From Tubiluchus corallicola (lineage: Eukaryota > Animalia > Priapulida), in NCBI GenBank assembly GCA_030141605.1, contig JAQGDQ010000177.1:124001-188000 (forward strand): a stretch of 64,000 bases of DNA. Reading direction: 5' to 3'. A program made the translations under genes and the position numbers. The notes under the pieces were generated by a model that was not told where the DNA came from, made no database searches, and saw only the letters and a program-made list of their open reading frames with translations. This document shows, one piece after another, positions 60,327 to 64,000 of the stretch (position 1 is its first letter; each line of letters begins with the position of its first letter).

Positions 60327-63044
60327 GGGGAGAGATGGAGGAGAGAGCAAATGGGTGTGTGAGTGTAAAAGAAAAAATTCTTCGGTGAAAGAAAGGATAA
60401 ACAGACAGAAACAGATAGACAAAAAAAGAGAATGAGAAAGAGTAACCACGAAGGGGTAAAAAATACAGGAAGGCAATGAAAAACATAATAAGTGAAAGAA
60501 AGAATTATACTTGCCTCAAAGTCATCAGCTTCATCGGTTTTATTTGATTTAAGCCTAGCTTTGAGCTGGTTGTCTATGTTATCTAGCCGCATGTTCAGGC
60601 TTTGAAAACAATCTAGAAACGTTTCTTGGAGTTTCTTCACTGCAACATATGTAGCAGCTCCCATCGTGAACTGGAGATTTTTGTGCTTTGTTTCAATGTC
60701 CACTGTGATAAGTTTCAGTTCTTTTCTGTAGAGAGATAAGTTTCACACAAGTTAGATACAAAAAAAGCACAGTAACACATTGACACTACTGTGCCGAACG
60801 CCCTTCTTCCTTCTAGATTCCTAGCGAACAGCAGATTCTTTGTTATTTAATACTTTATCCATTCTTAAGTTACATTTTTTCATACTCACACTTCTTATTA
60901 CAGCACCAATATTGAAATCTAACTTGCAAGATCCTGGTAATTAAGTACATCACATTACAAGCTGATTTCATAACATAAGGGCATGAATGGATAAACTCAT
61001 AGCTGGATGCCATTACAGCAAAAATTCTGAAGCAATAATCAGATTTTACATACCTTATATCTCTGTAGCTTCTTAAGCGCTTCAGAAAGCCTTTGTCTTT
61101 CATTTCAGTGAGTTTATTGCTTGAGTCTGCAAAATAATTCAAATCTAATTTTCGCACTTCTCAAGCAAAAGTGTTAAGTACATACACACTTCTTATGAAT
61201 AGAAAAAAATGAAAATTCCCAAAGATAAATTTTGTTTGCTGAATTCTTTCTCTAGAAACGCCTGTGTATAATACATCAATAATGTATTGCAGTAGCTCTC
61301 TTACTATTAACACTCTTAGTTAATTCGTCCAAGCTATTCTCTAGGGTCTTGTCCATGGTTATGCACTCTGTGGCAGCCATTTCTTCGAGGTCTTTGCTTG
61401 TATCATGAACAGATTCTATTACAGCCAGGAGCTTCTTAAATTTATCCGGGTGACCCCAGACTTCTTGTAACGTTTTGAAACATTCTACAACAATCTTCTT
61501 GAGCACGCCTGTAGCAATTGCTATTCCAATACCCTCCATGTCTGAACACTCAGAAATTCGACAACCTATCAAATAATAAATCGCACGTAAAATTTTGTTT
61601 TACAATTATCTTTTTCAGTCAGTTCCAAGTTAGACAGATAATTCTGTCTTCTGTGTTTCTGTACAGAACCATCGAGTACACAACTAAATGGATAATCGCA
61701 CACGTTTTATATGAGTGTGAGTGGAGTTCGACCGAAATAGATACAATACTCGTTCTGCTATCATCTCTAAACATTGGCTATTTACCTAGACTAAACAGAT
61801 GAATGCTAGGTCTTGCCTTTGTAGCTCACCTAAGTCCTAATCAGTTCAGTCATTAAGATCTTTCAGTGTGTAAACAGATGAATGCTAGGTCTTGCCTTTG
61901 TAGCTAACCTAAGTCCTAATTAGTTCAGTCAGTAAGACCTTTCGTCTTGCCTTTGTAGCTCACCTAAGTCCTAATCAGTTCAGTCAGTAAGATCTTTCAG
62001 TGTGTAAACAGATGAATGCTAGGTCTTGCCTTTGTAGCTCACCTAAGTCCTAATCAGTTCAGTCAGTAAGATCTTTCAGTGTTGTAAACAGATGAATACT
62101 AGGTCCTGCCTTTGTAGCTCTCCTAAGTCCTAATCAGTTCAGTCAGTAAGATCTTTCAGTGTGTAAACAGATGAATGCTAGGTCTTGCCTTTGTAGCTCA
62201 CCTAAGTCCTAATCAGTTCAGTCAGTAAGATCTTTCAGTGTTGTAAACAGATGAATACTAGGTCCTGCCTTTGTAGCTCACCTAAGTCCTAATCAGTTCA
62301 GTCAGTAAGATCTTTCAGTGCTGTAAACAGATGCTTGGTGCATTTCTGCTGTCCTATCATACAAACAGTAACCTCCACCACTGAGTTCTTATTAATGGCA
62401 TGTAATTTAAAGTAAAACTTGACCCAATCTTAAACTGTAGGTCAAAACAATCTACTCTTCAAACTATTGGAAGGAAACATACTATTTTTTCAAAAACGAC
62501 TTACGTGAAAGAATCGTTACCACACAAATGCAAGTTCATGTTCGCACCACTAGTTCTTCCCTGTTACATGCAGTTCGTCATACGCTAGTTAGACCGGCAG
62601 TAGCGCCTGCATTTCGGAAACGCATTGCGCAAAAACAGGTGTTGTACCTCGCAGTTCAGATGTGTTAGTCTCTGACGAACTACACACGTTCGACAGCTCA
62701 TGCGTGTGCATAGCAGTGAATTTGAAAAATTTGAATTTTTATCTTAAAACTTGTATATTTTTAAGTACAACACGCTGAATATCTTACATCAATAGTTGGG
62801 CTCGCCCGCCGCTAACTAAGTTTTTAGTCTACAGATAATCTATAGATATCTATCAGAAATGCTTTTGCAGTATTAACTGTGTTAAAATGTATACTTTTTT
62901 ATCGGATTTGAAAATTGGGTGGTATATTCCTTTAATAAAAGTATCTATGCACACCAGTTAGGCTTGACTTTAATGAACTTGATGTTATTTGCAGGGCTGA
63001 CAATTAGAGTAAAGCTGCAGCAAGAATTACCATATCCTTATAAG
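57268..63044 (+). CDS. CIAO2A: Cytosolic iron-sulfur assembly component 2A (FAM96A/MIP18 family), exons 1-3; 3' exons lie beyond the window
   Basis: Exons 57268-57328, 58413-58577 and 62995-63044 splice to MSENAVIKGCSESETIEEVFGIIRSIRDPEKPETLEDLKVVSED...[38 protein letters not shown].TLE and HC.LATLIGL are CIAO2A-type signatures (CIAO2B has DPEHP). Confidence 0.92.
57545..57718. repeat. Short foldback/MITE-like inverted repeat in CIAO2A intron 1
   Basis: caatcattgaca..cctgaac..ttctgcatctgggctta versus taagcccagatgcagaa..gttcagg..tgtcaatgattg. Confidence 0.75.
58884..59490. repeat. ~80-bp tandem array A
   Basis: About 7.5 units of taaacagatgaatgctaggtcttgcctttgtagctcacctaagtcctaatcagttcagtcagtaagatctttcagtgttg. 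Confidence 0.97.
59791..61539 (-). CDS. Nested antisense 5-exon gene, 284 aa, N-terminal MLKL/HeLo-like helical-bundle domain, no kinase
   Basis: Exons 61305-61539, 61054-61126, 60515-60725, 60141-60255 and 59791-60011 (855 nt) splice in phase 1,2,0,1 into an uninterrupted ORF, with one GC-AG intron. The gene structure is well supported; the domain call is by-eye pattern only. Confidence 0.8.
61792..62333. repeat. ~80-bp tandem array B (same unit and orientation as array A)
   Basis: About 7 units of the same 79-80-bp repeat. Confidence 0.97.
62430..62935. mobile_element. TTAA-ended dispersed repeat, copy 3 (internal deletion)
   Basis: Collinear with 921-1514 and 26125-26711; lacks ~80 bp near 62788. 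Confidence 0.75.
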
Positions 63045-63299
63045 GTATTCTTTACTGTTCAAAATACATATAATTATACTTTTAGTCAGCAGTTTGCTAT
63101 TATGGATAATGGATTATAATTAGTTTACTCCTTCATTGACACCCGTTTTTATGAAGTTATGTAATACTTATATTCTAAATTTTCTTCCAAAAAATGTGTA
63201 TAGAGGATCCTGGAAGCTTAAGGTCAAATTTATTTATTTATCTACAATTTGAAGTACAAGACAAGAGTGTTTAATGATTTTGATCAGGGTTATGTGCGT

Positions 63300-63770
63300 A
63301 ATAATTATCATTAAGGGTTTATGTAAAAGATTAAACATTGTTATCTGAGGACCAAAATGCTTGACTTCAATGAAAAAGGTCTGCCGCCATACAAGCCTGT
63401 TGTAAAAGTAAAAACTATAGATACTTTTACTCCGGATAAAAATTCAGTATCAAAATTAAATTTTATAATACAACCTGAATCCTTCAAAGGAAATTTTGCA
63501 TAGTGGTAAAGCAAATATGAATTACGGTAATGTAGTATCTGGCAACCTACTGCTATCCACGAATATTGCAATTGTCGTTACGTTATATTCCCATGAATAT
63601 TTGAAAAATTGAAAGCTAAATATCTTGGAAAGGACAACACGGTTTTTGTTAATGTTTAAAGAGTTCAGTTTTTCTTGAGGTCTTCCACATGTTACAACAA
63701 TTGGCAACCTTTGTTTCAATAGAAATAATCTGATCATGTACAGACTTGCGGTAGCTTGATATGTTTAAGT
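63300..63770 (-). mobile_element. Highly decayed L2/CR1-like RT remnant
   Basis: LPIVVTCGRPQ resembles RT domain 4 (.CGVPQGS) and LNSLNINK resembles L.LN..KT; many disruptions. Confidence 0.35.
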
Positions 63771-64000
63771 ATATTCTGCATGTGTGTTTACAGTGGTGTT
63801 TGTGAAATAAAGTGTTGACATGTCAAGTCGTCAACAGCCTGCAACCACAAAACTTATCTGAATTTGCAGAATGTCGCTCATTTTATTCTCTTGGCTCTCC
63901 TGCTGCTCTGCTCTAACTCAGTGCTACTTAAAAGCTTTAACTTGTATTTATAAAACACTTTTTCCACCATCCTCTTTTTATACAGTTCGGCATTCTGCAA

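Noticed and set aside
59491-61791. Helitron as carrier of the nested gene
   Set aside because: A CTAG lies near one end, but there is no 5' TC, no subterminal GC hairpin, and the insertion point is G|T rather than A|T.
58884-62333. 80-bp arrays (and the 30/50-bp arrays at 14.9-16.4 kb) as CRISPR arrays
   Set aside because: Units are contiguous with no unique spacers, there are no cas genes, and the context is eukaryotic.

Overview
AT-rich, intron- and repeat-rich animal genomic DNA, probably from an invertebrate; the taxon cannot be fixed from the sequence. Most of the window is the 5' half of a large minus-strand AKAP13/ARHGEF28-family RhoGEF gene. Its hand-spliced coding exons run from 51223 down to 2423 and continue off the left edge; the DH/PH part is not in the window. 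It lies head-to-head with a plus-strand CIAO2A/FAM96A gene (3 exons seen). Two insertions stand out. (1) A ~6.7 kb retrotransposed block (33909-40606) sits in an intron of the RhoGEF gene, splits a MITE and is bounded by one 8-bp target-site duplication (tacatata). On the minus strand it reads: 5'-truncated processed enolase cDNA, then a complete intronless PINCH/LIMS ORF with UTRs, then an apparently full-length RTE-clade LINE with its tail. This suggests a single RTE-driven event that copied several different RNAs in series. (2) Intron 2 of CIAO2A holds an intact antisense 5-exon, 284-aa gene. Its N-terminus resembles an MLKL/HeLo-like four-helix-bundle cell-death domain, it has no kinase domain, and it sits exactly in register between two direct arrays of the same ~80-bp repeat. 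The rest is MITEs, SINE/LINE remnants and satellites. All exon structures and homologies were read by eye and have not been confirmed by alignment or expression data.
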